DNA of 64,000 bases, from the NCBI GenBank assembly GCA_049606035.1, contig JBMYVD010000005.1:2388-66387 (forward strand), read 5' to 3'. The translations under genes were made by a program, and so were the position numbers. Under the pieces are notes generated by a model. The model had not been told where the DNA came from and ran no database searches. It was given only the letters and a program-made list of their open reading frames with translations. Below, one piece after another: positions 9,027 through 18,900 of the stretch. The stretch's first letter is position 1, and each line of letters starts with the position of its first letter. Source of the stretch: Candidatus Poseidoniaceae archaeon. GTDB taxonomy: Archaea; Thermoplasmatota; Poseidoniia; Poseidoniales; Poseidoniaceae.

Positions 9027-10019
9027 TCAAGGGATGAAATCATTGTGATTCCTTTTTTTATCGTAATTTCCGGGGGAGTCAAAAGATTCTATTCTTGTTT
9101 CTATAGCAGCCTGTATGACCGGCCACAGTTTAACGAACCACTCGCCCTTTTTCATAATGAGTTTCATCATTGGATGCTCGCTGGGGTCTTCAAATTCTTC
9201 CGGTGGAGGTAAGTCATCGGGTAACTGTCGTAAATCAGCGACTAAATCGTACAACTTATTCTTCTCTGAATCCTCAACTATTTTCGAATCAGCCATTATT
9301 TCGATTACCTGTTCAATCATCTCTGCCATTTCGCTTGGTGAAGGTGAATCACTAATTGTATCCGATATATCAATTGGGCCAAAAACAACGCTGCCTAGGT
9401 CGGTTTCAAACAATTCATCTCCTTGTTTTTCTAACTTCAGTAGTTTTTGGTGTGACCGATTGCCTATTGGTGCAATCGCGAACCCACCATCCTCTAATTC
9501 ACTGCTCAGCCAAGGTGGTAACATTTCCGACTGACCCGTCACAAGAACACGGTTGAGTTTTGGCAGTATGTTTTCATCTAATTGGGATGTGTGGTGGCAT
9601 TTAACAGTTGGATATCCGATTAATTTCTCTGATACGTGGGATACCACTTCCATAGATGGGTCAATGACCGTTACACTTCCTTTTTCATCAATCACGTGGG
9701 CAATTAAAGCGCTCATGTAACCGCCTTTCGCACCATAGATTACGATGTGTTGACCTTTTGCTAACTCAAGGTAATGCAGCATCGTCACAATCATGTGAGG
9801 TGCAGATATATTCTTGATTCCACCATTTTGTGATTTCATGAAAACTACCGGTCTGTCAAAGTAGAAATCATCAGAGTCGTAGTTGGTGAAATCCTCTATG
9901 TCGACTTTATACATCGCTCTCTCGATGTGTTCAGGTATTTCGATACCTGATAGTTTCAGATTGGATAGTAATTTTGCTAGATTACTCATGGAAAAACACA
10001 ACCTTAGCAGATGACTCAC
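9027..10019 (-). CDS. pcm: Protein-L-isoaspartate O-methyltransferase-like protein with about 110-aa acidic C-terminal extension
   Basis: The sequence is collinear with PIMT: the ISAPHMIVTML motif, a post-I region and a FGPI end block. SAM motif I is divergent (VIYGAKGGY instead of LEIGTGSGY). An alternative start is ATG 9989 (MSNLAKLL). Confidence 0.7.
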   Translation of the reverse strand: MSHLLRLCFSMSNLAKLLSNLKLSGIEIPEHIERAMYKVDIEDFTNYDSDDFYFDRPVVFMKSQNGGIKNISAPHMIVTMLHYLELAKGQHIVIYGAKGGYMSALIAHVIDEKGSVTVIDPSMEVVSHVSEKLIGYPTVKCHHTSQLDENILPKLNRVLVTGQSEMLPPWLSSELEDGGFAIAPIGNRSHQKLLKLEKQGDELFETDLGSVVFGPIDISDTISDSPSPSEMAEMIEQVIEIMADSKIVEDSEKNKLYDLVADLRQLPDDLPPPEEFEDPSEHPMMKLIMKKGEWFVKLWPVIQAAIETRIESFDSPGNYDKKRNHNDFIP

Positions 10020-10843
10020 TCTTCACCATCTTCGTCCTCTGCTGGGTCTTCCTCAAACTCAATGTTTGTATGCATGTTTTCTAGCAACTTCTTGAATTGT
10101 TCATCTTCACCATATCCTAATGTCTCTGAGTCATCGATTACCATGTCCTTAAACATAGAAAATTCATCTGGGCTAATGCTGATATTTGTGAATGAGCCAA
10201 GAAGGTCATCCATTATTAGACTCTCAATACGATTCAAGTGTTCAGCAAGCGTTGCTCTTGCTATGGATAACTCCTCTGCCATTTCAGAAATTCTGACTCC
10301 TTTATTGATGTCATACCAGCCTTTATCGTAAGCGAATTTTGCTAGTCTCAGTTGTTTTGGATTGAGTGGTCCCGTGTCCTGAGTTGTAATTAGGTCTAGG
10401 TTACGGGCTGAAATTCGATCAGGTTTTGCCATTAATCTAGCCATTGCCGCAACCAATCTCAACCTCACATTACCTCCTTGAATGACGTATGTAAGGCCTT
10501 CACCATCTAATCTGCAACCGGGAACTGCTGTTGTACCGCCAGTTCGAGCGTTCAGATTTGATAGCGGGTGAGTGATTTTTATGTTAATCACATAACTCTC
10601 ATCACTCGATTCAGGTGTGTGATGAATATCAATTAACTCTAAGAAATACAAGTCGTTCAGATCCTGGGGTTTTTTGCCGGGTTTGAACGAAGCCTTGAGT
10701 AAGATACGTATGTCTCTCGGTGTTCTCTTAATGTATGCTAGAAATTCTAACTGGTTTACAATTTCAAGGATTGGAGCGATGTCAGTTTCCATTATACGAG
10801 GTTTACTCCAGAAGAGAGTGATTTCTCGCATGTTTGAAGACAA
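10016..10843 (-). CDS. HTH_10 (Bat-like) transcriptional regulator
   Basis: A C-terminal helix-turn-helix is present (LTPKQ-type: LNPKQLRLAKFAYDKGWYD...ISEMAEELSIARATLAEHLNRIE), typical of halobacterial-type HTH_10 regulators. Its stop overlaps the ORF-track start (10019) of the PIMT-like gene by 4 nt. With the alternative ATG 9989 there is no overlap. Confidence 0.7.
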   Translation of the reverse strand: MSSNMREITLFWSKPRIMETDIAPILEIVNQLEFLAYIKRTPRDIRILLKASFKPGKKPQDLNDLYFLELIDIHHTPESSDESYVINIKITHPLSNLNARTGGTTAVPGCRLDGEGLTYVIQGGNVRLRLVAAMARLMAKPDRISARNLDLITTQDTGPLNPKQLRLAKFAYDKGWYDINKGVRISEMAEELSIARATLAEHLNRIESLIMDDLLGSFTNISISPDEFSMFKDMVIDDSETLGYGEDEQFKKLLENMHTNIEFEEDPAEDEDGEE

Positions 10844-10872
10844 CCCAATATCACATTTTACTTCTCCTATTG

Positions 10873-11562
10873 TTATCTTCCTTTATTTGTAACGACCATC
10901 ATACCCAGAACTGCGCCTGCAAAACCACCCAAAATTGTGAGAATTATTTGTTCGGGAGCCAGTGAATAAAACGCAACGCTTCCCGCTACAGCAAGTGGTG
11001 GACAAAGCATCATCATCCTTGTGATAATAACAGACCTGTCTATGATTTGCTCTGGTGTAACGGTCAAAGATTTGGTTCGCCTTTGGATTCGATTTTGTCC
11101 GACCTTTTCTTCTAAAATTGGTAGGACTTTATCTCTAAGTGTTGGGTCACTTTTGGAAAATCTAAACGTTAACTTACAATCACTTGCAATCTTGAGTGCT
11201 TTTTCGATAATTATCAGCGGATTAGATGCATGAGATAGAGATACAGAAGCACCCATACCTTCGCCTCTGACGTGAGATAATGACCTCCAACCACCTACTC
11301 CTTCATTGAACTCACTAAGGCCTTCTCTTAGGTTATTCACAGTTGCATCAGTCTCGGCTAATCCTCGCTTTCTACCACCTGCTAATATCGGTGTAAGAAT
11401 AATCGAGCAAAGAACGATTGTCGCTCCCCAAAGGAAGGCTGCTATTTTCAATCCCCCTGTTCCTAAAACCATGGCAATTGCAACAGCAAGCATGAATCCT
11501 GAATATAATCCAAGCACTACTGCTGCGGAGAGGGCCCTTCTGAATCCGACCTTCTCCTCCAT
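10873..11562 (-). CDS. Membrane protein, unknown function
   Basis: This is ORF 10873-11625 with the start moved to ATG 11562 (MEEKVGFRR). The protein has two N-terminal and two C-terminal TM helices around a soluble middle region. Confidence 0.5.
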   Translation of the reverse strand: MEEKVGFRRALSAAVVLGLYSGFMLAVAIAMVLGTGGLKIAAFLWGATIVLCSIILTPILAGGRKRGLAETDATVNNLREGLSEFNEGVGGWRSLSHVRGEGMGASVSLSHASNPLIIIEKALKIASDCKLTFRFSKSDPTLRDKVLPILEEKVGQNRIQRRTKSLTVTPEQIIDRSVIITRMMMLCPPLAVAGSVAFYSLAPEQIILTILGGFAGAVLGMMVVTNKGR

Positions 11563-11619
11563 GGCACCTCCAGACCGAGATAGGAGAAAACATATGCCCT
11601 GCCGACGCTTGGAACAAAT

Positions 11620-12372
11620 ATGCAAAAGAACGGTTTAGACAATCGTTCGAGAGAAAAAAAGGTCGGATTATGGATCGGAGGAATCTCCACCTTTCTTCTC
11701 GTCTCTTTTTTCTTAGTACCATTTTATCTTCCTGAGGGGAGTGTTCCAAAATTATCGGGAAGGGCAAACGCATTCGATTATCACTCAGAAGATGGCTGGG
11801 GTAATTTGCAGACTAGTGTCAATAGTGATGTGGGACACAATCAATCAAAATACGGTGAATTTGTATGGAGTGACTTAGACCCATATGCTGCTTTCATTTA
11901 CGGATTTGGGGATTTAAATTGCCACACTAAAGCAGAAAGGTCCTGGGAAATAAACGGCAACCAAATGCCTGTTTGTGTTAGAGACGTAGGAATTTTCCTT
12001 GGAATCGCGATAGGGGGTTTCCTGTTCTCGAGAAAGGGTTTCAATCGCTGGACAATTCGTGATACATTTTTGTCCCTGTTGCCGGATAAATCTCTAGAGT
12101 CTGTCTACAAAAGAGACAAGCGGATGTTAGCAATGCTCGTAATCGCAGGAATCGCTGCGATTCCAATGGCCATCGACGGCTTCACTCAAATGCTAACTTC
12201 GTATGAATCAACTGCTACAATGCGAATGATAACTGGTACTCCATTTGGTGTCTTAGTTGGCGTCTTCATGGCAGCGTCTTTCTCAGCAAGGCCAGCATTA
12301 TTCGGTCTAAATCCATCTAGTGTTGTGTTACCTTCAGGAAGTAGATTCAGTATGAAATCTGAAGAAGAGTAG
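11620..12372 (+). CDS. DUF2085-type membrane protein
   Basis: The Cys pair context GDLNCHTKAERSW...MPVCVRDVGIFLG matches the CH..R...P.C.RC.G pattern of DUF2085. Multiple TM helices are present. Confidence 0.6.
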   Translation: MQKNGLDNRSREKKVGLWIGGISTFLLVSFFLVPFYLPEGSVPKLSGRANAFDYHSEDGWGNLQTSVNSDVGHNQSKYGEFVWSDLDPYAAFIYGFGDLNCHTKAERSWEINGNQMPVCVRDVGIFLGIAIGGFLFSRKGFNRWTIRDTFLSLLPDKSLESVYKRDKRMLAMLVIAGIAAIPMAIDGFTQMLTSYESTATMRMITGTPFGVLVGVFMAASFSARPALFGLNPSSVVLPSGSRFSMKSEEE

Positions 12373-13725
12373 TCATTTTGGCGGCTCAGTAGCCCACCAG
12401 ACCAACAATTCACTCTCGTTCTTTGGTACCGGGCATTCCGCATGACCACTAGAGATTAATTCCAGTCTTTTCATGACGTCACTTACTGCTTTGCGAACAG
12501 TCAATGGCGCTTTTTTGGTATCTTTATCAGATATTATTTCCTTTAGAGCATCTCTCCAATCTGAATCTTGGTTTGACCTTCTCCAACTGGACAAAGCAGC
12601 CCTTAATGGCCACATTGCTAGGCAAAGTCTGCCGTATCCAAGCCTACTTTTTCTTAATTTGAATAACTGAGCTTCAGCAAATGGCACATGGTTTTGTTGT
12701 CGATGAATCCACCTCTCTTGCTCAAGCCATTTTACCAGTCGCTGAGTATGCCTTTTTGTCACAGACCGCACCGGTCCTAGCTGCTTGTGAAGACTTGGGA
12801 CATCGGTTGTGTCGGTAAGAGATAGTGTGCCCAATATTGCCCAAGAGGAATGAGCGATTGGTCTAGCAGGAACATCAGATTTTTTGGCTCTTTTTTCATC
12901 CCATTCTTGTTCAGCAATTTCCATCCACTGTGCCGGAGATTTACCATCTAACCAATCCTCTAGCAAGGAAGCATGTTGCACCGGCGCTCCTGGTAGCCTT
13001 TGTTGGGTTTGAACGCCCGCGGTTAGTGAGCGCAGAAGGTGCCTATCGACTTCATCTCTACTTACATTCAAAGGCTCGGGCCTTCTATTGAAAAAAGTGC
13101 TAAGCACTTGTGATAGTTGCTTCTCCAATTCATCCAATCCACTCTCATTCAGGACAGGTCCCATGATGCAACACTTGCTGAAAGGCTGAGGGGTTGGGAT
13201 TTCACCGGACAAAATACCACTAAATCCGGCTCTAATTTTTGTTTGGATTTCTGTGGTTTCAAAGTATTCATGCTTCTCTCCAGCCATACGCAAAGTGCCC
13301 GAATTTATCCGCTTCATGGCTTTGCTGGGGTCACAGTCAATCCAAATTACTAGGTCTGGAATCATAGCAGCAGAATTCATTTCTGCAACTTGTTCAAGCC
13401 CCAAATCCCCTACTACTCCTTGGTATACTAGGCTAGAGTGAATATTCCTGTCCGAGATCACCAAATCTCCTTTCAATAATCTTGGTCTTATCCAAGTATG
13501 AGAATGGTCAACTCTATCGGCAGCAAATAACCCTGCTTCTTCAAGTGGAGTATGGTCTCCCTTACTTACGGCACTGAGGGCTATTTTGCCCAACTTACTG
13601 TGCCTTCTTGGCTCGTGTGTAACGTGGACTTTTGGGAATGCTAGTCTATTCGCTAGATTTGCAAGTATTCTAACCGCTTCACCCTTTCCAGAGCCGTCAC
13701 CGCCTTCGACGGTTATGAGGTACAT
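12373..13725 (-). CDS. Thymidylate kinase-like NMP kinase fused to a basic about 240-aa C-terminal domain
   Basis: The N-terminal about 200 aa is collinear with Tmk: ITVEGGDGSGKGE P-loop, THEP, LFAADR, DRNIHSSLVYQG and PDLVIWIDCDP. The C-terminal half is Arg/Trp/Lys-rich with no family I recognise. Confidence 0.7.
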   Translation of the reverse strand: MYLITVEGGDGSGKGEAVRILANLANRLAFPKVHVTHEPRRHSKLGKIALSAVSKGDHTPLEEAGLFAADRVDHSHTWIRPRLLKGDLVISDRNIHSSLVYQGVVGDLGLEQVAEMNSAAMIPDLVIWIDCDPSKAMKRINSGTLRMAGEKHEYFETTEIQTKIRAGFSGILSGEIPTPQPFSKCCIMGPVLNESGLDELEKQLSQVLSTFFNRRPEPLNVSRDEVDRHLLRSLTAGVQTQQRLPGAPVQHASLLEDWLDGKSPAQWMEIAEQEWDEKRAKKSDVPARPIAHSSWAILGTLSLTDTTDVPSLHKQLGPVRSVTKRHTQRLVKWLEQERWIHRQQNHVPFAEAQLFKLRKSRLGYGRLCLAMWPLRAALSSWRRSNQDSDWRDALKEIISDKDTKKAPLTVRKAVSDVMKRLELISSGHAECPVPKNESELLVWWATEPPK

Positions 13726-14553
13726 TCAGAATACCTCCTCTACCCTTTGATCCTCGAATTCCTCTTTGTCGAGCATAAGGAATACCATGCCCAACAGAAT
13801 TAGAGCTGGTCCAAATATGATTAAGCCTCTACTGAATAGACCTACCCAGCAGAATGCTTGAGTTCTTCTGTAACGTTTTTTTCTCTTTATTTCAAACGAA
13901 GCATGTACTCCAACCAATGCACACGCAATTGTGAAAACACCTTCAAATGTAGCAAGTGCTACTGCATTTTCCATTGACCATCCTTCTGTTGCGGATAATT
14001 CATCCTTCGTCCTCTCACCATCCCCAACTACCATTGTGATTGGAGAGATTCCAATGGGTTCGGGCTTGAATGATAATATCACTTTTTGATATCCCTGTTT
14101 AGATACATGTAATTCGTATTCTTTGACCAGTACTGAGTCGATGACATACCTTCCATATTCATCTGAAATACTGCTCTTCAACGCTGAGTTTGATTCAGGG
14201 TCAACCAATTCAATCGAAACATTCGCAACTGGTTCACCATCCTCATCTAAAACAAAGCCATGTATGTCGAGAGATTCCGTCGTCTTGAAAATAGAAGAGT
14301 TGAGCAAACCAGATGGGTTGCCTTGGAGAATCAGTGCTCCTGAAACAACTCCCATCAAAGCTCCAATCATTACGAGGGCAGAAGCGATGCGTCGCCTTCT
14401 TTCTCCTTCAGATAATACATCGGTTTCGAAGTCAACAAATCCCGTTTCTTCAGATTTTTGGATTTGGACAACAATCTCCTCATCTGCTTTCCTTTGGCGC
14501 TTGTTGGATGCTATCCGTGAATCGACAAGTTTTGAACGGACTCTTTGGCGCAA
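13726..14553 (-). CDS. Membrane protein with carboxypeptidase-regulatory-like (Ig-like) domain
   Basis: The protein has a basic N-terminus and a TM helix. A CarboxypepD_reg-like segment follows (IHGFVLDEDGEPVANVSIELVD...DEYGRYVIDSV..YELHVSKQGY), then C-terminal TM helices. Its stop abuts the start of the Tmk-like gene. Confidence 0.55.
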   Translation of the reverse strand: MRQRVRSKLVDSRIASNKRQRKADEEIVVQIQKSEETGFVDFETDVLSEGERRRRIASALVMIGALMGVVSGALILQGNPSGLLNSSIFKTTESLDIHGFVLDEDGEPVANVSIELVDPESNSALKSSISDEYGRYVIDSVLVKEYELHVSKQGYQKVILSFKPEPIGISPITMVVGDGERTKDELSATEGWSMENAVALATFEGVFTIACALVGVHASFEIKRKKRYRRTQAFCWVGLFSRGLIIFGPALILLGMVFLMLDKEEFEDQRVEEVF

Positions 14554-14628
14554 TGCCGCAAGCCGATTTTCTTTATCTTGGCTAATAATTGCACCTCCCG
14601 TTGACCTACCCGATGTCGTGCGCGGATT

Positions 14629-15825
14629 TCACCCCTCCCCTTTGTTATCCGCGAATATTATCCACAGCAAATTTACACAGACGAGGATTGTACATAGTGC
14701 AAGAATGATGCCTGTAGTCAAATCATCGAAATCTTGGGAGCCGATTAGTGAGTCATCATTTTGCTCATCACAGCCGTTGGATTCTGAGCCAAAATCTAGT
14801 GGGCATTCATCCGCTTCGTCAGGGATTCCGTCCATATCAGAGTCTAAATCGGGTGGTGTAGTGGTTCTCACATTTATCCATGCTTCAGTTTTCAGTCCAT
14901 ACTCGAGAATATACCCTACGGTCTCAAGAGATTCAGCACTAACTTTGTCTATTGTATCATTGTGTGTATGCCAATGGCCGCTCAGAAAATTTGCACCTTC
15001 TCCAAATCTTGTGTCGATGATATCAATTGCAGGGATTCCAAGGTTGTGTGCAGGTACATGGTCATCGTAAATCCCGTCGACCATGTCGAAATTGAAGTAT
15101 GATGAATCTTTGAGGTCGCAAACGTCATCTAAGTTCGTGATGATTTGTTCAGTCCTATTCCACAGTGTTATGTTACCTGGGCTTGTTTTTCGTAAAGTTA
15201 AGTCGGAATCACCGACCATGTCGACTAATACAAACGACTCGATGCTATCTGCATCTTCCTGACTCAAATTTTCAGCCCATGCCTTAGCTCCCAATACGTA
15301 TGTTGAATGGTTATCTCCTTGGTCTTCTGCGTCTGTAAAGAAAAGAGTAACCTCGTGTGTTAGGTTCATCTGCGGAATTATTCTTGCAAGTTCTAGCAAT
15401 ACTGCAACACCGCTTGCACCATCGTTTGCACCATCGATCGGTTCATCTCTTCTGCTTTCATTCCAATCCTCGTCAGCTTTGTGTCTTGTGTCATAATGCG
15501 CTGCAAAAACGACGGTGGAACCTTGGCCTTTATTCCAAGTTGCAAACAGATTGGTCAGAGTGTATCCATTAGAGTGATGAGTCGATTCAGTTATGTGCCA
15601 TCCAGTCAGATTAGACTTTATCGATTCCCTTAGCGCAGAACTTGCTGCTGAACCAGGTATTCTTGGTCCTAAGTCAACTTGATAATGAACCGATTGATTT
15701 GCATTTTCTCCGTCGAATGAAAGAGCGCATTCATCTAGAAGTTGCTCAGTCTCTTCCCCGGAGGCAACAATCGTGCTATGAAAGGCAAATAAAAGCGCCA
15801 AAAGTCCAGCAAATACCTTTCGCAT
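14629..15825 (-). CDS. M28 family aminopeptidase / glutaminyl-cyclase-like, secreted and C-terminally anchored
   Basis: An N-terminal signal peptide is present. M28 blocks are VVFAAHYDTRH, DGANDGASGVAVLLELAR and FFTDAEDQG. A thrombospondin-type-3-like Ca2+ repeat (DLDSDMDGIPDEADECP) lies at nt 14802-14850. A C-terminal TM helix is present. Confidence 0.8.
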   Translation of the reverse strand: MRKVFAGLLALLFAFHSTIVASGEETEQLLDECALSFDGENANQSVHYQVDLGPRIPGSAASSALRESIKSNLTGWHITESTHHSNGYTLTNLFATWNKGQGSTVVFAAHYDTRHKADEDWNESRRDEPIDGANDGASGVAVLLELARIIPQMNLTHEVTLFFTDAEDQGDNHSTYVLGAKAWAENLSQEDADSIESFVLVDMVGDSDLTLRKTSPGNITLWNRTEQIITNLDDVCDLKDSSYFNFDMVDGIYDDHVPAHNLGIPAIDIIDTRFGEGANFLSGHWHTHNDTIDKVSAESLETVGYILEYGLKTEAWINVRTTTPPDLDSDMDGIPDEADECPLDFGSESNGCDEQNDDSLIGSQDFDDLTTGIILALCTILVCVNLLWIIFADNKGEG

Positions 15826-15914
15826 TGATGATGCTATGTTCGCTGAGTATTAAATACCTCATTTGAAGTGGGCAATTTGGAATGCAGTAATGCGATTCTC
15901 TGGAGGCCCTTGAA

Positions 15915-18900
15915 ATGTCTGAACATTGCTCTAATCGTGCTTTCTCAATATTGCTTGTTTTCCTTGTTTCTATTGCCTCTCCACTGGCCTCTGCAGAGCC
16001 TCAAGAATCTGTGGCCAATCAAGTGATTGAGTTCTCTCCTGTATTCGCCGATATCAATGATTTTGAACCACTTGACTCACATCCGTACATGTTACCCGAG
16101 AGTGATGAATTGCTTTACAGCGCAACTAGAATGATGAAAAATGAGTGGATTTCTCAAGGATTACCAGGAGTTGATATCGCAACCTCTCCTCAATCTATGA
16201 CAAGTGGTAGAGCATGTACTCCGTACAATGAAGGCGATACCGCGACAGTTCCTACCTCCGGTGGCTCAATTGACGTGACCGTAGAGAAAACAACCTCTAC
16301 AGCTGCGTTTATGGTTCAGAGTGGTAGGACACTATCGTCAACGGTCCTAAACAACTGGGCCAGTACATGGGACACAACAGTCTATCCAACATTGATGACA
16401 TACTTTGGAAAAGACTACTTCGATGGAAGAGGTATTGCAGCTCCTGATGTCGACAACAATTGTCAAATTGAAGTCGTGATTTATGCAATCGATGGTGCTT
16501 ACAACATAGGGGGATATTTCGCACCGGGCATGTCTGCATCCCGTGAGGCTATCTTCATCGATATTGATGACGCACCTCTATCTTGGTCGAGAGTTATCCT
16601 TGCTCACGAACTACAACATTTGATGCACAATGCCTTAGATCCCTACGAGAATCTATGGATTGACGAAGGAGCGGCTGACATGGCTGCCTTCCTCTGCTTT
16701 GGCGGTTCTTCAACACTTTATGGCCACGTGAACGCGTGGACATCTGCTAGCGAACTTTCAGTCCGATGGTGGAATCAAAGACCGGCTGATTATGGTGGTG
16801 GATTCATTTTCCTTCTGTATCTGGCTGACCACCTTGGAGGAGGTCCAGCAATTCGTAAACTAGTCCAAGACTCATCTACTGGTGCTTTAGGAATCGAAGA
16901 CCTTGCAAGGAACCCGATAGACGCAACACCTGGTGTAATAGGCAGGGATTTCATCGATATTTGGACAAACTTCACTATTGCTGCAACATTGGATAGTGAC
17001 CAAGGTGTCTATGGTATGTCCAACTTATTCCTTTCTCCTGCCTGTGGTTCTAGCGACTTCTGTAGGATACAGCCCGCAGATACCAACAGTAATTGGTTAG
17101 GTCCTTGGTCTTCAACGGGCAATGCAATTGAAGGATGGGGTGTTCGTGTTTTCAAGTTCACACCTGGATCTGCAGCACCAGCGCCACTTACCATGAGATT
17201 TACAGGTGACGTTCCAGGAATGGATGGTGTGATAATGAGCAGAGCCGCTGCTGATGGGATATACACAAGAAGTGATATCAATTTCAATGGCGCTGTAGGA
17301 ACAGCTTTGGTTCCAGGGTTTGGAAACATTACTGACGAGATATACGCAATAACATGGTATGCTTCAAACCAAGGTGATTGCGATTACACTTCATGTGGAA
17401 GTTCCTATCCAACCGGAACAATAGATGTTGAAGCAGCAAGAATTACTTCTCCTGCTACGATGAGTCTCAATTCAACAATTCTATCAGATCGAGATGGTGA
17501 TACCAGTGTTGATACGGCGGAAATAGAATTCAATATCTTGTCAAATGCGTTTTTCGAGGATTTGGATGTTGAAGTCCAAGTGAAAAACGCTTCAGGTGTA
17601 GTTCTTGACACGATTGAAACTAGAGTCCAAGCCGGCGGTGGAGTAGACGTTTCCACAAAATTCTGGTACACTGCTAAGACAACAGAAGTTCACACATTCC
17701 ACTTGACGATGACTGATATGCTAGGGGATGTTATCGACACGGTCCAAACAGGTGCTCAATTCCTAGACAACATGATGCCGGTGTCAAACTCAACAATCAA
17801 TCCCACAGAAGTTCAAACATGGGACAATATTCTCTTCTCCGGAGACGGATTTGATGCATGGGGCCTCTCTCTAGCAAACAATACACTTCCATACATGGAC
17901 GAACCTGTTGCGTACGCATGGACGTTCGACGATGGCAACTCATCCTCTTTGAAGAGCCCAGTGAGGTCATACCTCGATGTTGGTCGATATAACGTGTCCT
18001 TGAAAATAATGGATCAAGGAGGAACTTGGTCTGATGCAGATGTAAAAACAATCAATGTTTCAGATGATTCTGCTCCTATTCCTGTAATCTCAATGAACGG
18101 TATGGTTTTAACAGACAATCTATCGATTTTAACTGGACAGATAATCCAATTCAGTGCAGAAAGAACCACGGATAACGTCCCGTTAAGTCATCTTGAATTC
18201 ACATGGGACTGGGGAGACGGTAACCTGGAAGGCGGTAAAGGCGTAACTAGTGCATACCACATGTGGGAGGATGGTTTGACAGCTGTAACTTCGTATAATC
18301 TCAGCCTTACCGTAAGCGATGGGGTCAACTCAGCCACTGAAACAATCGAGATTATAGTCAACAATCGTGCTCCAGGGCAGATTTTCACTGACACAGTTGT
18401 AACAGAAACATTCACTGCTACGATGCTGCCAGATGTTTTCGAGGATGTTGATGGAGAAATTGTTGCTTGGAATTGGGTTTTTGAAGAATCAGTAAACCTT
18501 GACGGCGGGATAGTTGACAGAACGAATCTATTCGTTGATTTGCTGTCTACGGAACAGAATCCTATGGTTGCTTGGTCTACTCCGGGAATCAAGAATGTGA
18601 ACATAACGGTCACAGACAATGATGGCGCACAGTCTGTTTCACAACTCAGAGTTCAAGTTCTGAATCAGTTGCCTGTAGCACAATTCGAGGTCAGAGACTC
18701 AAGCTCAGCAGGCAGTCCGGTAATTGATTTCAGAATTGAAGATGCAAATATGGACGTACCATACACTTTCAATGGCCGAGATAGTTATGACCCCGACGGA
18801 TTGGTTGGTGATTCAACAGATTTGACTTTCATGTGGAAATTCTCTGATGGTACAATGTCAAACGAGTCTCTAGTTACCCACAATTTCAGTACTCCTGGTG

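Noticed and set aside
14123-15070. 315-aa plus-strand ORF
   Set aside because: It is Ser-rich and low-complexity with no recognisable motifs. It lies antisense across two minus-strand genes that have strong family signatures (M28 peptidase and the CarboxypepD_reg membrane protein). It is a shadow ORF.
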